Notes under the pieces: generated by a model
What the model saw: the letters and a program-made list of their open reading frames with translations, nothing else
Told to the model about the DNA's origin: nothing
The model's database searches: none
Program-made: the position numbers and the translations under genes
In this document: one piece after another, positions 28,932-38,242 of the stretch
Numbering within the stretch: the stretch's first letter is position 1
Layout: every line of letters begins with the position of its first letter
Virus record (IMG/VR): IMGVR_UViG_3300026518_000006
Location: 124,001-188,000 of that record
DNA length: 64,000 nt
Direction: 5' to 3' (one strand)

Positions 28932-29864
28932 TTATGCGATTTCCGCTAAGAGGTCGTCAATTTCACTGTCAACATCAGCTTTAGGCTGTTCTTTAGGAGC
29001 TTCAGCTTTTGGTTGTTCTTTGGTTTCAGGTTTTTTATCTCCCAAATCCAATCCTGTGTTGAGTGAAGCTTGCACCTCAGCGTCTTGAATTGCTTTTTCT
29101 TCAGAGCCACTTTCTGCTTGTGGGGCATATTTGCCTCTTTGGAGGAATCTATCAAGCTTATCCGAAAGCTCTTCATATGATAGGAATTTCTCAGGGCTTA
29201 GGAACTCTGAAAGCACATAAGTATTCTCCATAATGTCTTTTTCTGCTTCTTCTTTTGAAGAGTAGATTGAAGTCACTTTATCCGAGAATTTTGAAGATGA
29301 ATAGGTTGGAATACCATTATCACCATCTTTTACTTTGATGAGGTAGTTATTACCCTCAAGAGGGTTGTAAACAGCGATAGGTTCTTCTTCGAGTGCCTTC
29401 ATAGCCTCTGTCTGAATCATAACCTCTTTAATGCTATCCATCATAGTGCTTGACATCTCATATAAGAAAATCTTGCCTTCGTTTTCAGGATTTGCAGGGT
29501 CTTTGATAACCTTGATGTTTGTAATGAAACGGAATTGTCTTCCAAGTGTTTTAGCAGTTTCTTTATCTCCTGCTTTCCACAACTTGCTAAACTCATCATT
29601 AAACGGGCACTTCATACCAATAGTCTGTGGAGACCAGTCGTTTACGAAATAACCTTTATTGCCTTTTCTTGCATTGATTTTAATCATCTTTACAAAAGGC
29701 ACACCGTTCTTGTCAGGTAAGAAGCGAATAATCGCACCACCATTACCATTTTCATCACGAGAGAGTTTCCAAAAACGAGAGTCTTCTTCTTTCTCATAAG
29801 TTTTCTTGTCATTAAATGCGTTCTCTTGCAGTTTTCCTGCCATTGCTTCCCAACTAAAATCCAT
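28932..29864 (-). CDS. gp32: Single-stranded DNA-binding protein gp32
   Basis: DSRFWKLSRDENGNGGAIIRFLP, NIKVIKDPANPENEGKIFLY, acidic tail DDLLAEIA. Confidence 0.93.
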   Translation of the reverse strand: MDFSWEAMAGKLQENAFNDKKTYEKEEDSRFWKLSRDENGNGGAIIRFLPDKNGVPFVKMIKINARKGNKGYFVNDWSPQTIGMKCPFNDEFSKLWKAGDKETAKTLGRQFRFITNIKVIKDPANPENEGKIFLYEMSSTMMDSIKEVMIQTEAMKALEEEPIAVYNPLEGNNYLIKVKDGDNGIPTYSSSKFSDKVTSIYSSKEEAEKDIMENTYVLSEFLSPEKFLSYEELSDKLDRFLQRGKYAPQAESGSEEKAIQDAEVQASLNTGLDLGDKKPETKEQPKAEAPKEQPKADVDSEIDDLLAEIA

Positions 29865-30106
29865 AACTTTTCCTTTAAGTCTTTTTACTGTGAGTAGTAC
29901 CCTACTCTAATTTTAAGTGCTTATACCTAAACACTACAAAATTGTTACCATAGTTCGAACCCGAACTAACCAAAATGTTTACGCCTGTCTTGTTGAAAGA
30001 CATCTGTATTCTATGACAATACTCTTAAAATTTTCTTAGGATTTCAAGAGCAATCTTTAGGTTTTACAAAGCCAACAAATACAATATTGACTTCAACTAT
30101 TTTCGC
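29865..30106 (-). promoter_or_regulatory. Structured 5' leader of gene 32
   Basis: 242-nt non-coding gap with hairpins at 29892-29907, 29951-29968, 29986-30002 and 30006-30022. Confidence 0.5.
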
Positions 30107-30802
30107 TTACGCTCTAATAGAAAGTACAAATTTAAAAATAGCATTTTCCATAGTAACACGGTAACTATCTCTTCTTTCGTTATACTTAATTTTAAGTGCG
30201 CTTTCCATTGTTGGAAGAGACAGAAAGTTGTTAATAGGAATAGCGATTTCAAAATTTTTGCCTGTAGATTTTTCAGGGTCTAATTTAATCATATAGCTAT
30301 TATCTCTTGAAGCAAAGGACTCTTTATTTCCTGTTTTTAAAAACACACCTTCATCATTTTTGATAATAAACAGGTCTTTTAATGTCTTAAAAACAGAAGC
30401 CCCTTTTCTAATTTTGGCAATAAGGTCTTTATCAACCTTGACTTCTACAACAGATGGTGCATCTATAATACTCGTGATATTAATCATATCTGTGGTAAAA
30501 TCACTCAAGGAAATAGGAGAAGATGTAATAAAGCTAATTTGAGAAGTGTCATCTTTAGCTATAATCTCTTTGTTTTCGAGAGTAATTGTAGGTTCCTCAA
30601 GCACATCAATAGCGTTTAAAAAACTACCCAAATCCATAATACCAAACTCTTCAAATTCATCAGGGTCAATTACACTAAAATCAATTGTGCCCAATACATC
30701 AGCATCAGCATTGATAATTGTAGTTACAGGGTAAGATATAATTGCAGAGTTGGTGATTGATGTCACACTTTGCAAGACTTTGATAGACTCTTTATTTAAC
30801 AT
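30107..30802 (-). CDS. gp45: Sliding clamp gp45
   Basis: MLNKESIKVLQSVTSI, EEFGIMDLGSFLNAI, length and context. Confidence 0.8.
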   Translation of the reverse strand: MLNKESIKVLQSVTSITNSAIISYPVTTIINADADVLGTIDFSVIDPDEFEEFGIMDLGSFLNAIDVLEEPTITLENKEIIAKDDTSQISFITSSPISLSDFTTDMINITSIIDAPSVVEVKVDKDLIAKIRKGASVFKTLKDLFIIKNDEGVFLKTGNKESFASRDNSYMIKLDPEKSTGKNFEIAIPINNFLSLPTMESALKIKYNERRDSYRVTMENAIFKFVLSIRA

Positions 30803-30885
30803 TTTTGCTCCTAAATTCGTACATTAATTTTTGTATATTACAGGTTTATATTGAAACTAATCTTAAAACTATACCAAAGTATAGT

Positions 30886-31800
30886 TTAAATATTGGGTAG
30901 AGTGACTTCTTTAGTTAAAATGGGGTGTCCTTCTGATACATAGTACATTTCTCTTTCATAAAAGTGTTTTAAACTATAGGTGTCTTTAACATAAGTGAAC
31001 ACATCTACTAAATCAAAAACATATACATTATCACCTTTTTCTTTATGTAACCTCATAATTCTACCCATAGCTTGAAGTACTAGAGTATATGATTTTGTTG
31101 AGCTCAAAAACACAAGGTTCTTTAGTCTTGGGATGTTGATACCTGTACTCAAAACATTATATTGTCCTATTACAATAGCATTCTCACAAGTATTAAGGTA
31201 AAGTCTAATCTGCTCTCTAACACTTGATTTTGTGTTTCCACTCATAAAGAAAACATTGTGTTTTTTCATAAACTCAAAGTCAGATTTTCTTTTATTGGTA
31301 AGCTTCTCACCTGTTAAACTTTCAAAAGTATCTTCCCCGTGTGCAGTGACAGCGTATAAGGCTACTGTAACCCCTTTAAGTTTTTCTAAAAACTGTTTTA
31401 CAAACAACTGTCTTGATTTGCTTTCTCTTATGAATTTTGTTTCTTCCTGATACTTCATACCACTTTTGGTTTGGTTTCGTGGATGTGTTAAGAAAATAGC
31501 CATAATAGTTGTGTCTGTTAATAAGCCCATCTCAATTAGTTGTCTTGCATTAACAATTCTTTCGGGTTTTCCCAATGCTTGCTCTAATAACATAGCATCT
31601 TCTTCTATGATAGGCATAGAGCCAGTCATACCCAATTTTATCTCACAAGGTTGCTTTAATATAGACTGAAGTACTTCAGCTTTAGCTTGGTGACAATTAG
31701 ACACTAAAATGTTATTGGCATAATAATTGTGGTTGTTTTCTATATGTAAATTATAAGTATCACCTTGAAACTCAACCTTTTTTATGGACTTTATCTTCAT
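30886..31800 (-). CDS. uvsW: UvsW helicase C-terminal fragment (35-aa IntC at 31696-31800 plus extein)
   Basis: MKIKSIKKV...ILVSN|CHQAK, GMTGS, STGINIP, QAMGRIMR. Confidence 0.92.
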   Translation of the reverse strand: MKIKSIKKVEFQGDTYNLHIENNHNYYANNILVSNCHQAKAEVLQSILKQPCEIKLGMTGSMPIIEEDAMLLEQALGKPERIVNARQLIEMGLLTDTTIMAIFLTHPRNQTKSGMKYQEETKFIRESKSRQLFVKQFLEKLKGVTVALYAVTAHGEDTFESLTGEKLTNKRKSDFEFMKKHNVFFMSGNTKSSVREQIRLYLNTCENAIVIGQYNVLSTGINIPRLKNLVFLSSTKSYTLVLQAMGRIMRLHKEKGDNVYVFDLVDVFTYVKDTYSLKHFYEREMYYVSEGHPILTKEVTLPNI

Positions 31801-32857
31801 TCTTACCCTTTAGTTTTTCCAATTTTTGTATCGCATTTGTTACTTTATCGGTATTTTCATCATCCAATTTAATATTAGCGAATAACTCTTTTATATTGCT
31901 TAAATTTTTAATCAGATAATCCTCTGTTATAATTTTATATGAGTAATTATTTTCTTCACACCAAACCAAAGCACTATCTTCTTTTGCTATATTTCGAGCA
32001 TTGAGTATTAGTGATTTTGGTTTTATTTCGAATATTATATTATGTTTGTTATCTGTAAAATCCACAATATATGTGTGTATACTATCTTCAAATAAATATG
32101 GTATTCTAGTGGTTTCATATAGTGTATTTGGGTTCAACAAATAAAACATAAATTCCCAAGAGCTCCTAAAATTAAAATTGCCAAATTTTATTCTGCTTCT
32201 CGACCAAGAGTTGGTAATACACGGGGTAAATTCTCCGCTTGCAATTTTTGATTTCATTATTATAGAGTTATGTTTGGCTATCTTCTTTTTTGTCTCTTTT
32301 GACATTTTATGAGCAGGGTTGTTTTTTCTCATCCGCTCAGAACATAATAATTGTCTACATTTTTCATTACAGGTTTTTCTATTCAATGATGAAGATTGTG
32401 CCCTTTTAATTTTATTACCACAATAATCGCAATATAGTGGGTCTATTTCATCAATATATTCTATTCTTGACAATCTAAGCAAGTTCGGAAATTTTAAATC
32501 TGCTCCAACAAAAAGTAAATATTTCATATAATTATCATTATCATCTATAAATGAATATTTAGGGGTAGTTGTTGATTTATACTTTGGTAAATTATTTTTT
32601 AATGTTTCGTATGTAACATTTTCTACAATCCTACCACTATAATCCCAATTTCCAAGAACTAGCTTTAAGTCATAAATGTCATCTTTAAAAGCATTGAATA
32701 TAAAGGCATATTTTATCGTTTTGTTGCCTTTATATTCATAAAAGAGCGTCCTTAAATCTTCACGATATATTAAAATTTGTTTTATTATTTTTGATTTTAA
32801 TGGTTTTGACAGCTTGTTTGGATTAAGTGTTTTTAAATATTTTTTATAATCATCCAT
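31772..32857 (-). mobile_element. Free-standing endonuclease, TnsA-like PD-(D/E)xK domain
   Basis: FRSSWE...YE..IPY...YIVDF...EIKP, with CDYC..C..C and NUMOD3-like segments. Lies between the uvsW IntN and IntC. Confidence 0.75.
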
Positions 32858-32860
32858 ATC

Positions 32861-33817
32861 TTATTTATAGGGCAGAAGCTCATCAGTTAACACCAACTCG
32901 TCTACTCTAACATAACCTCGTTGTGTAAATACCTTATGATTACCTGTGATATATAGCTTTCCGTTATCTGTTTCTATCTCATACATCTGTTCGTTTGATA
33001 TATTTTTATGTGTTTTTAGTACTTGATTGTATTCATTTTGTTTGGTAGTTTCATTGTATGTCATAACTAAATCTCCTTCAGTTATACTGCCGATTGGCAC
33101 ATCTCCATTAATAGTTTTAATCAAAGTATCACCTCTTAGACACTCATCAACCAAGATAGCGTCATATAGTCTTACATCTTTCATAACTTTGTTCAAGCTT
33201 TGCCAAGTGGTGATTATATAGGGTTTATCCAACGCTTTATCATCATTCTCACCACCAATTAGTTTAATACTGTCAAGCATCTCTTTTGGGGCATTGTAAT
33301 CTTTAAAATCTTGGAACATTTGAGATGTTAATCCGATTGTGGGGACTACTAATATAGTCGGGATATCGTGGTCGAAAAAGTATTTTAAAACCAAATAAGC
33401 AACCATTGACTTGCCACCACCTGTGGCAATAATATCCAATTTATTTCTACTTCTAATAAGGCTTAGAAAGCCTTTTAGTTGGTGTTTATAGGGGGTAAAG
33501 GGTAGGGTAGGGATAACGCTTTTCAAGAAGTCTATAGCATCATCACGCTCTAATGGCGGTAATAATTCAACTTTATCGAATTCAATATTTTCTATAAGAC
33601 GCTCTTTAAAACCTTTTTCAACTTTGAAATATTTACCATCTTTATAATTCTGAGCTTGATAAAATCGAGTATATCCATCATCTTTGCCCATTTGAACTCT
33701 AGGTTCGTGCTCTGAATTTAGTCTTTTGGCTCTAAGTAGCTTATCAATCTTGAATACAGTGTCTCTATTATTAGTGAATAGGTTAAGATGATGTTTCGCC
33801 TCATTTAATATTGTCAT
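32861..33817 (-). CDS. uvsW: UvsW helicase N-terminal fragment plus IntN (93 aa, 32864-33142)
   Basis: PYKHQ, ATGGGKS, VVPT, TTWQSL, LVDE|CLRGDT, ITGNHKV block B. Confidence 0.92.
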   Translation of the reverse strand: MTILNEAKHHLNLFTNNRDTVFKIDKLLRAKRLNSEHEPRVQMGKDDGYTRFYQAQNYKDGKYFKVEKGFKERLIENIEFDKVELLPPLERDDAIDFLKSVIPTLPFTPYKHQLKGFLSLIRSRNKLDIIATGGGKSMVAYLVLKYFFDHDIPTILVVPTIGLTSQMFQDFKDYNAPKEMLDSIKLIGGENDDKALDKPYIITTWQSLNKVMKDVRLYDAILVDECLRGDTLIKTINGDVPIGSITEGDLVMTYNETTKQNEYNQVLKTHKNISNEQMYEIETDNGKLYITGNHKVFTQRGYVRVDELVLTDELLPYK

Positions 33818-33827
33818 ATAGTTTCCA

Positions 33828-34040
33828 TTATATTGTGTATTCGGGATTATCCTCAAGCCATTTAATATAAGGCTTTTTTAGTACGATTTCGGTAGACCCT
33901 CTTTTTCGTATATTTCCTTTGATTTTTACTTTATTGTCGATAACATCAGTAACTACACCTTCATTAAACCAGTAGCCGTCTTTGCCTGTGTATAAAACAG
34001 TATCGCCAATCTTTACATTAATCCCGAAATAGTCTTTCAT
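33828..34040 (-). CDS. Small SH3-like protein with tag PEYTI
   Basis: DYFG..VKIGDTV pattern. Confidence 0.6.
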   Translation of the reverse strand: MKDYFGINVKIGDTVLYTGKDGYWFNEGVVTDVIDNKVKIKGNIRKRGSTEIVLKKPYIKWLEDNPEYTI

Positions 34041-34420
34041 TCACAACCCTTTACAATTGATTCTAATTTCTTATATAACTTTAGTTGTTTCATATAAGGA
34101 GTTATGTTGAAATATTGTTGGGCATCATCATCACTCCAACCATCTTTTATTAATGACATACAAGATACCGTTTGTGCCTCAATTATATTTTCCAATCTTT
34201 CTTTGACAGATAAAGTGTCTATATCTACTTCATCTTCATCACAGTATTCCTCTATGCAAAAGAACATACCCTCTCTATAAAGTTTGATGGCGTTATGGTC
34301 GTCTCTTTCGACAAACATATATAAACCTTTTGGAGTGTACTCATTTTCATACTTTTCATCAATTCTAACCAAACAACCGTTCAACCAAATCAAATCTTTA
34401 AGGGTTATCTTTTTATACAT
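34037..34420 (-). CDS. Hypothetical protein
   Basis: ORF with RBS. Confidence 0.55.
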   Translation of the reverse strand: MYKKITLKDLIWLNGCLVRIDEKYENEYTPKGLYMFVERDDHNAIKLYREGMFFCIEEYCDEDEVDIDTLSVKERLENIIEAQTVSCMSLIKDGWSDDDAQQYFNITPYMKQLKLYKKLESIVKGCE

Positions 34421-34447
34421 AAACTCTCCTATTATAGTTAATGTGTA

Positions 34448-34663
34448 TTATATTAGACTTTCAGGATAGTGCTTTTCTAATATTTCATCGATGTCTATAT
34501 TAATACCTTTGTTTGACAGATATTGATTTGCAAACAATTTTATCATTTCTTCAGTATTATTAGGCACAACACCATTCAAAATAACATTCATAGACATCTG
34601 ATGGTGTTTTTTATTGTTAATATCGTACTGCAAACTTACATCATCTATCGCTATAATCACCAT
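34448..34663 (-). CDS. Hypothetical protein with tag PESLI
   Basis: ORF, terminal motif. Confidence 0.6.
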   Translation of the reverse strand: MVIIAIDDVSLQYDINNKKHHQMSMNVILNGVVPNNTEEMIKLFANQYLSNKGINIDIDEILEKHYPESLI

Positions 34664-34675
34664 ACTAATCCTTTT

Positions 34676-34913
34676 TTATATTAAGTTTTGCGGGTATTTC
34701 TCTTTTAAGATACTATCTATATCTTCCTTAATTCCCAATAAATTGAGATATTTTTGAGCCTTTTAACGCTTAATATCTTTTGGGCTACGATTTGCAGTCC
34801 CTTCAGAAATTATTTGCCATTCATTGCCATTAAAAAACCAATACATTATCGTTTTGTAGTGCTATTTCACCAACATTTGGGTTAATGGGTTGATTTGTCT
34901 TAATAGTAATCAT
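34676..34913 (-). pseudogene. Disrupted ORF ending KYPQNLI
   Basis: An extra base in the run at 34832-34837 and an in-frame TAA at 34763-34765; repair gives 78 aa. Confidence 0.55.
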
Positions 34914-34923
34914 AAAATTCTCC

Positions 34924-35184
34924 TTATATCAATACTTCGGGACAACACTTTTCTGCTTCTTCTAAACTTATTTTTTCTTCATACATAAAGTCGAATAATA
35001 CCATCTCAGGGTCATTTTCTATAAAAGAGATTCCCTTTTTGTTTTTATAAACAAGGCGATAATTACCACACCAAAATGGATACTTTTCGAGGAGTCTGAA
35101 CCCCATAGCAAAATTACCATCAATAAAGTATTGTTTTGGTTGTATTTTTATCACAAATGATGGTTTAGCGTCTTTATTATTCAT
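34924..35184 (-). CDS. Hypothetical protein with tag PEVLI
   Basis: ORF, terminal motif. Confidence 0.6.
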   Translation of the reverse strand: MNNKDAKPSFVIKIQPKQYFIDGNFAMGFRLLEKYPFWCGNYRLVYKNKKGISFIENDPEMVLFDFMYEEKISLEEAEKCCPEVLI

Positions 35185-35374
35185 TGTTGAGTATTGATTT
35201 TACTTCTGATGTCAGTTCTTCTATATTCACAAATTTTTTAGAATTAACTACTGCAAAAAATTTAGAGTATTCAAAATTTCTGTTGAAATCTGTAAGTTCT
35301 GCACAATTTGAAACATTATAATACATTCCTGTAGGATTATTTGTTTCTTTTGAGTGTTCGATAATTGTTACCAT
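35177..35374 (-). CDS. Hypothetical protein
   Basis: Start moved to 35374 (ATGA overlap with the upstream stop). Confidence 0.5.
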   Translation of the reverse strand: MVTIIEHSKETNNPTGMYYNVSNCAELTDFNRNFEYSKFFAVVNSKKFVNIEELTSEVKSILNNE

Positions 35375-35375
35375 A

Positions 35376-35858
35376 TCAATCCTTTGGTTGTAAATCTTCA
35401 ATAATTTTCTCAAGAGTGGTAATAATTGCTTTTTGTTTATAATACAACTCACGCCAATAACTATCTTCATTTTTTGGTATGGATTTTGGTATGCTTTTTG
35501 GTATAAATGTAGAGCTTTTGTTAGGAGCAACACCAACGCTATAGTTTGTCAAATCTCTATTTTGAATAGGTGTATCAACCTCAACCTCTTTTCCATCACT
35601 ACCATATACTTTTGGTTTTAGTGCTTCGTTGTCCGCCTGTTTTAGGTCAAACCCATCAGAAACCAATTCTTCATTTCGCTTCAAAGCTTGCTTTATTTCT
35701 TCAGGTGAGCCACCAAATGAAAAATCATCGCCTTTATCTGCGCTTTTGTCCAATCCTTCATCTAAGTTTTTCAAGAAGTCGAAATTCGGTGCGTCATTTT
35801 CAGATATAGATGGAAAGTCATCTGATGGTTTTGGTTCTAGTTTATAATCTGTACTCAT
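35376..35858 (-). CDS. Acidic low-complexity hypothetical protein
   Basis: ORF. Confidence 0.55.
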   Translation of the reverse strand: MSTDYKLEPKPSDDFPSISENDAPNFDFLKNLDEGLDKSADKGDDFSFGGSPEEIKQALKRNEELVSDGFDLKQADNEALKPKVYGSDGKEVEVDTPIQNRDLTNYSVGVAPNKSSTFIPKSIPKSIPKNEDSYWRELYYKQKAIITTLEKIIEDLQPKD

Positions 35859-36145
35859 ATAGTTTCCTTTTTGTTTTCTTTGCCTAATCTTGTTATTTTA
35901 CCATAATTAACAGCTTCAATCAAGTCAAAATCTTTGTTTAATATAGTTTTAAACTGTTTTTCTATTTCTATAATGTAGTGGTCGTGTTTTTCTTCTAAGA
36001 CTTGGAACACAAAACTTTTGGAGAACATATCCTCATCGGAAGATTTATAATAGTAGAATACATCTGCTTCTAAATTTTGAATAGGTAATATAGATGGCTC
36101 TTTGAATACTTCATTAGCCAACAATTGTAAGCCTAAGTTTTTCAT
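35855..36145 (-). CDS. Hypothetical protein
   Basis: ORF with RBS. Confidence 0.55.
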   Translation of the reverse strand: MKNLGLQLLANEVFKEPSILPIQNLEADVFYYYKSSDEDMFSKSFVFQVLEEKHDHYIIEIEKQFKTILNKDFDLIEAVNYGKITRLGKENKKETI

Positions 36146-36160
36146 AGCACCTCTATTACT

Positions 36161-36325
36161 TTATCTGTATTTTGCATTACTTTCTTCTTCTAATATTTGC
36201 TCTATAAGATATTGCTTTTGTTCTTTTAATTCAGCAACCTCTTCTTGGTGTTTAGGGTCATATTTAAATTTTTCTATGAACCCTTGAACCACTGCCAACT
36301 CAGTTAGTAATTCTTGGTATGTCAT
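36161..36325 (-). CDS. Small hypothetical protein (54 aa)
   Basis: Hand translation MTYQELLTEL...NAKYR. Confidence 0.5.
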   Translation of the reverse strand: MTYQELLTELAVVQGFIEKFKYDPKHQEEVAELKEQKQYLIEQILEEESNAKYR

Positions 36326-36366
36326 TTGTAATCCTAAAATTATACTACTGAAATATTAGATTAAAC

Positions 36367-36573
36367 TTATACGAAATATTCAGCGTATTGTTTTCGTATT
36401 GGTTCAATACCTACAACATTATCCAAGAAATATACATTGCCACTTTTTGTTTTAACGGTTTTATCGACTATATCAACTATGACTTCAATTTTTCTGTCGA
36501 TGCCCGACAACCCAAGAATAACATCACCTTTCTTAATTGGTACACCTAGTAAGTCTTTTGGGTCATTCGTCAT
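36367..36573 (-). CDS. Small SH3-like protein with tag AEYFV
   Basis: DLLGVPIKKGDVI, similar to 33828-34040. Confidence 0.6.
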   Translation of the reverse strand: MTNDPKDLLGVPIKKGDVILGLSGIDRKIEVIVDIVDKTVKTKSGNVYFLDNVVGIEPIRKQYAEYFV

Positions 36574-36598
36574 TTATTTTCCTACAATAATATATTAA

Positions 36599-36985
36599 TC
36601 AGATACTGTGCTCAGGTCTGAAAATACTATTATATTTATTGAAATCAAAAACTTCATAATTTGCCCTCAAAATAATACTTCCATTGAGGTCTTTGTGTGT
36701 ACTAATATTTGGGATAAAGAATTGTTTGCCATTGTGATTTCTCAAGATATCATCTTTGATTTGGGTAGAAAAGTGCGATTTAAAATCTTCTTCAAGTCCA
36801 TCATTATAAGTGTGTACATCTACTCTCATTTCAGAAATCATATTCACAACAAAGTCATTTATAATAGCTTTTACATCATCAATATCCAATTCATACTTTT
36901 CCATAAATGGCTTGTATCTTAACATCGGCTCTGTTTCATTTCGGTTAATGATACTTTTAGTTTTATGGTAGATATATTTTTTCAT
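36599..36985 (-). CDS. Hypothetical protein with tag PEHSI
   Basis: ORF; start set from the RBS GGAGG. Confidence 0.6.
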   Translation of the reverse strand: MKKYIYHKTKSIINRNETEPMLRYKPFMEKYELDIDDVKAIINDFVVNMISEMRVDVHTYNDGLEEDFKSHFSTQIKDDILRNHNGKQFFIPNISTHKDLNGSIILRANYEVFDFNKYNSIFRPEHSI

Positions 36986-36998
36986 ATTTTCCTCCGAG

Positions 36999-37256
36999 TT
37001 ATATAAAATATTCAGGTTTATTATCATACAGTAATTCTACCATATCTCCGACTATATCGCAAGCCGATACTCTGAAATCCTGTATGGTTATAATAAAAGG
37101 GTACCCTCTACTATTAATGTCTTTAATTTCTTTGTGTATAATTTTGTCTTTTTCTTGAGCTAAACAAACTATGCTTCTTATTATTTTTGTTGTTCCCATT
37201 TCTAACCCTGTTTCAAAAGAGTATGTAATGATATATGCTTTAACTGCTGTTGGCAT
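36999..37256 (-). CDS. Hypothetical protein with tag PEYFI
   Basis: ORF, terminal motif. Confidence 0.6.
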   Translation of the reverse strand: MPTAVKAYIITYSFETGLEMGTTKIIRSIVCLAQEKDKIIHKEIKDINSRGYPFIITIQDFRVSACDIVGDMVELLYDNKPEYFI

Positions 37257-37264
37257 ATTTATCC

Positions 37265-37564
37265 TTATATTAAATACGGTGTCAATTCTGTATATACTCT
37301 TTCCTCTAACAACTTAAAGAAAGCTATACCACCTTTTGTCTTGTGCTTAAACTCATCCATTTTGATTTCTATCTTTTTGGTAGGCTTGATATAATATAAA
37401 GGCTTATCAGGCACGCCTTTTTGTAAATTGAAATCAATAACTACAAACAAAATTCCTCCGTTATATCCGTGAGAAAAATTTATAGATGTTATGTTGAATT
37501 TTTTCAAAAAGTTGTAAAATGTGTCTAAGTTTTTAGCACAAAAAATCTCATCATAATAATTCAT
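37265..37564 (-). CDS. Hypothetical protein ending ELTPYLI
   Basis: Paralog-like end shared with the two upstream ORFs. Confidence 0.6.
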   Translation of the reverse strand: MNYYDEIFCAKNLDTFYNFLKKFNITSINFSHGYNGGILFVVIDFNLQKGVPDKPLYYIKPTKKIEIKMDEFKHKTKGGIAFFKLLEERVYTELTPYLI

Positions 37565-37573
37565 TACTTTCCT

Positions 37574-37891
37574 TTATATAATATAGGGTTGAATTTCGGT
37601 GTCTATCTCACTGAGGATATTTTTGAAAATATCTTCTATAGAGTTTCCCATTCTAAATTTAACTTTTATATCCCTTTTTGTAGCCCGTTTACCTGTGCTA
37701 TCAACTGTTAAAGCATCTACTTCTTCTTTATCTTTCTGTGTATTAAAAAACAAAAAAAGCTCATATTCATTATCAAAAAAATCTCTACCATATTGATAAT
37801 AAAGTTGAGAATCATATATCTTATACTTGCGCTCCAATATGTGTTTCAACTCATTCAAATGATTGTTTAAATATAAATTGTTTGTAGCCAT
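37574..37891 (-). CDS. Hypothetical protein ending EIQPYII
   Basis: Similar to 37898-38158. Confidence 0.6.
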   Translation of the reverse strand: MATNNLYLNNHLNELKHILERKYKIYDSQLYYQYGRDFFDNEYELFLFFNTQKDKEEVDALTVDSTGKRATKRDIKVKFRMGNSIEDIFKNILSEIDTEIQPYII

Positions 37892-37897
37892 AATATA

Positions 37898-38158
37898 TCA
37901 TATAATATAGGGTTGGATTTCTGCATTTATTTCTTTGAAAATATTGCCAATATCATATGCGGAATTCATTTTTACTAAAATTGAAATTGAATATTTTTTA
38001 TCAGAATCTTTTAATTTAAAAGATAGTTTAAATGGATATGTGCCTTTTGTTTTAGAGTTCTGTTGATAGACTTTTGTATTTTTTAGCTTGTACTTATTTG
38101 CTACAACACCTGATATATTGTGTAGCGTTTGGTCTGTAAGAATACAATCATCTTTCAT
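37898..38158 (-). CDS. Hypothetical protein ending EIQPYII
   Basis: Similar to 37574-37891. Confidence 0.6.
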   Translation of the reverse strand: MKDDCILTDQTLHNISGVVANKYKLKNTKVYQQNSKTKGTYPFKLSFKLKDSDKKYSISILVKMNSAYDIGNIFKEINAEIQPYII

Positions 38159-38242
38159 AAAAATTCCTTTGAGTTTTATTAAGTCTTTCAATTACAATAA
38201 AGAATCAATAAAGCCCAAAGCCTAATGGCTTTGAGTTTGGTC

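Noticed and set aside
29945-29975. tRNA suggested by GTTCGA
   Set aside because: It is a simple hairpin with no cloverleaf, D-arm or acceptor stem. No tRNA or rRNA was found in the window.
291-33142. Group I/II introns explaining the interrupted nrdA, terminase and uvsW
   Set aside because: Fragments end and begin with intein blocks and abut or overlap the endonuclease ORFs, leaving no room for a ribozyme core.
12336-34837. Programmed phase variation at homopolymer tracts
   Set aside because: Runs are only 5-7 nt of A/T, as common in intact genes, and most affected ORFs carry a second, non-reversible lesion.
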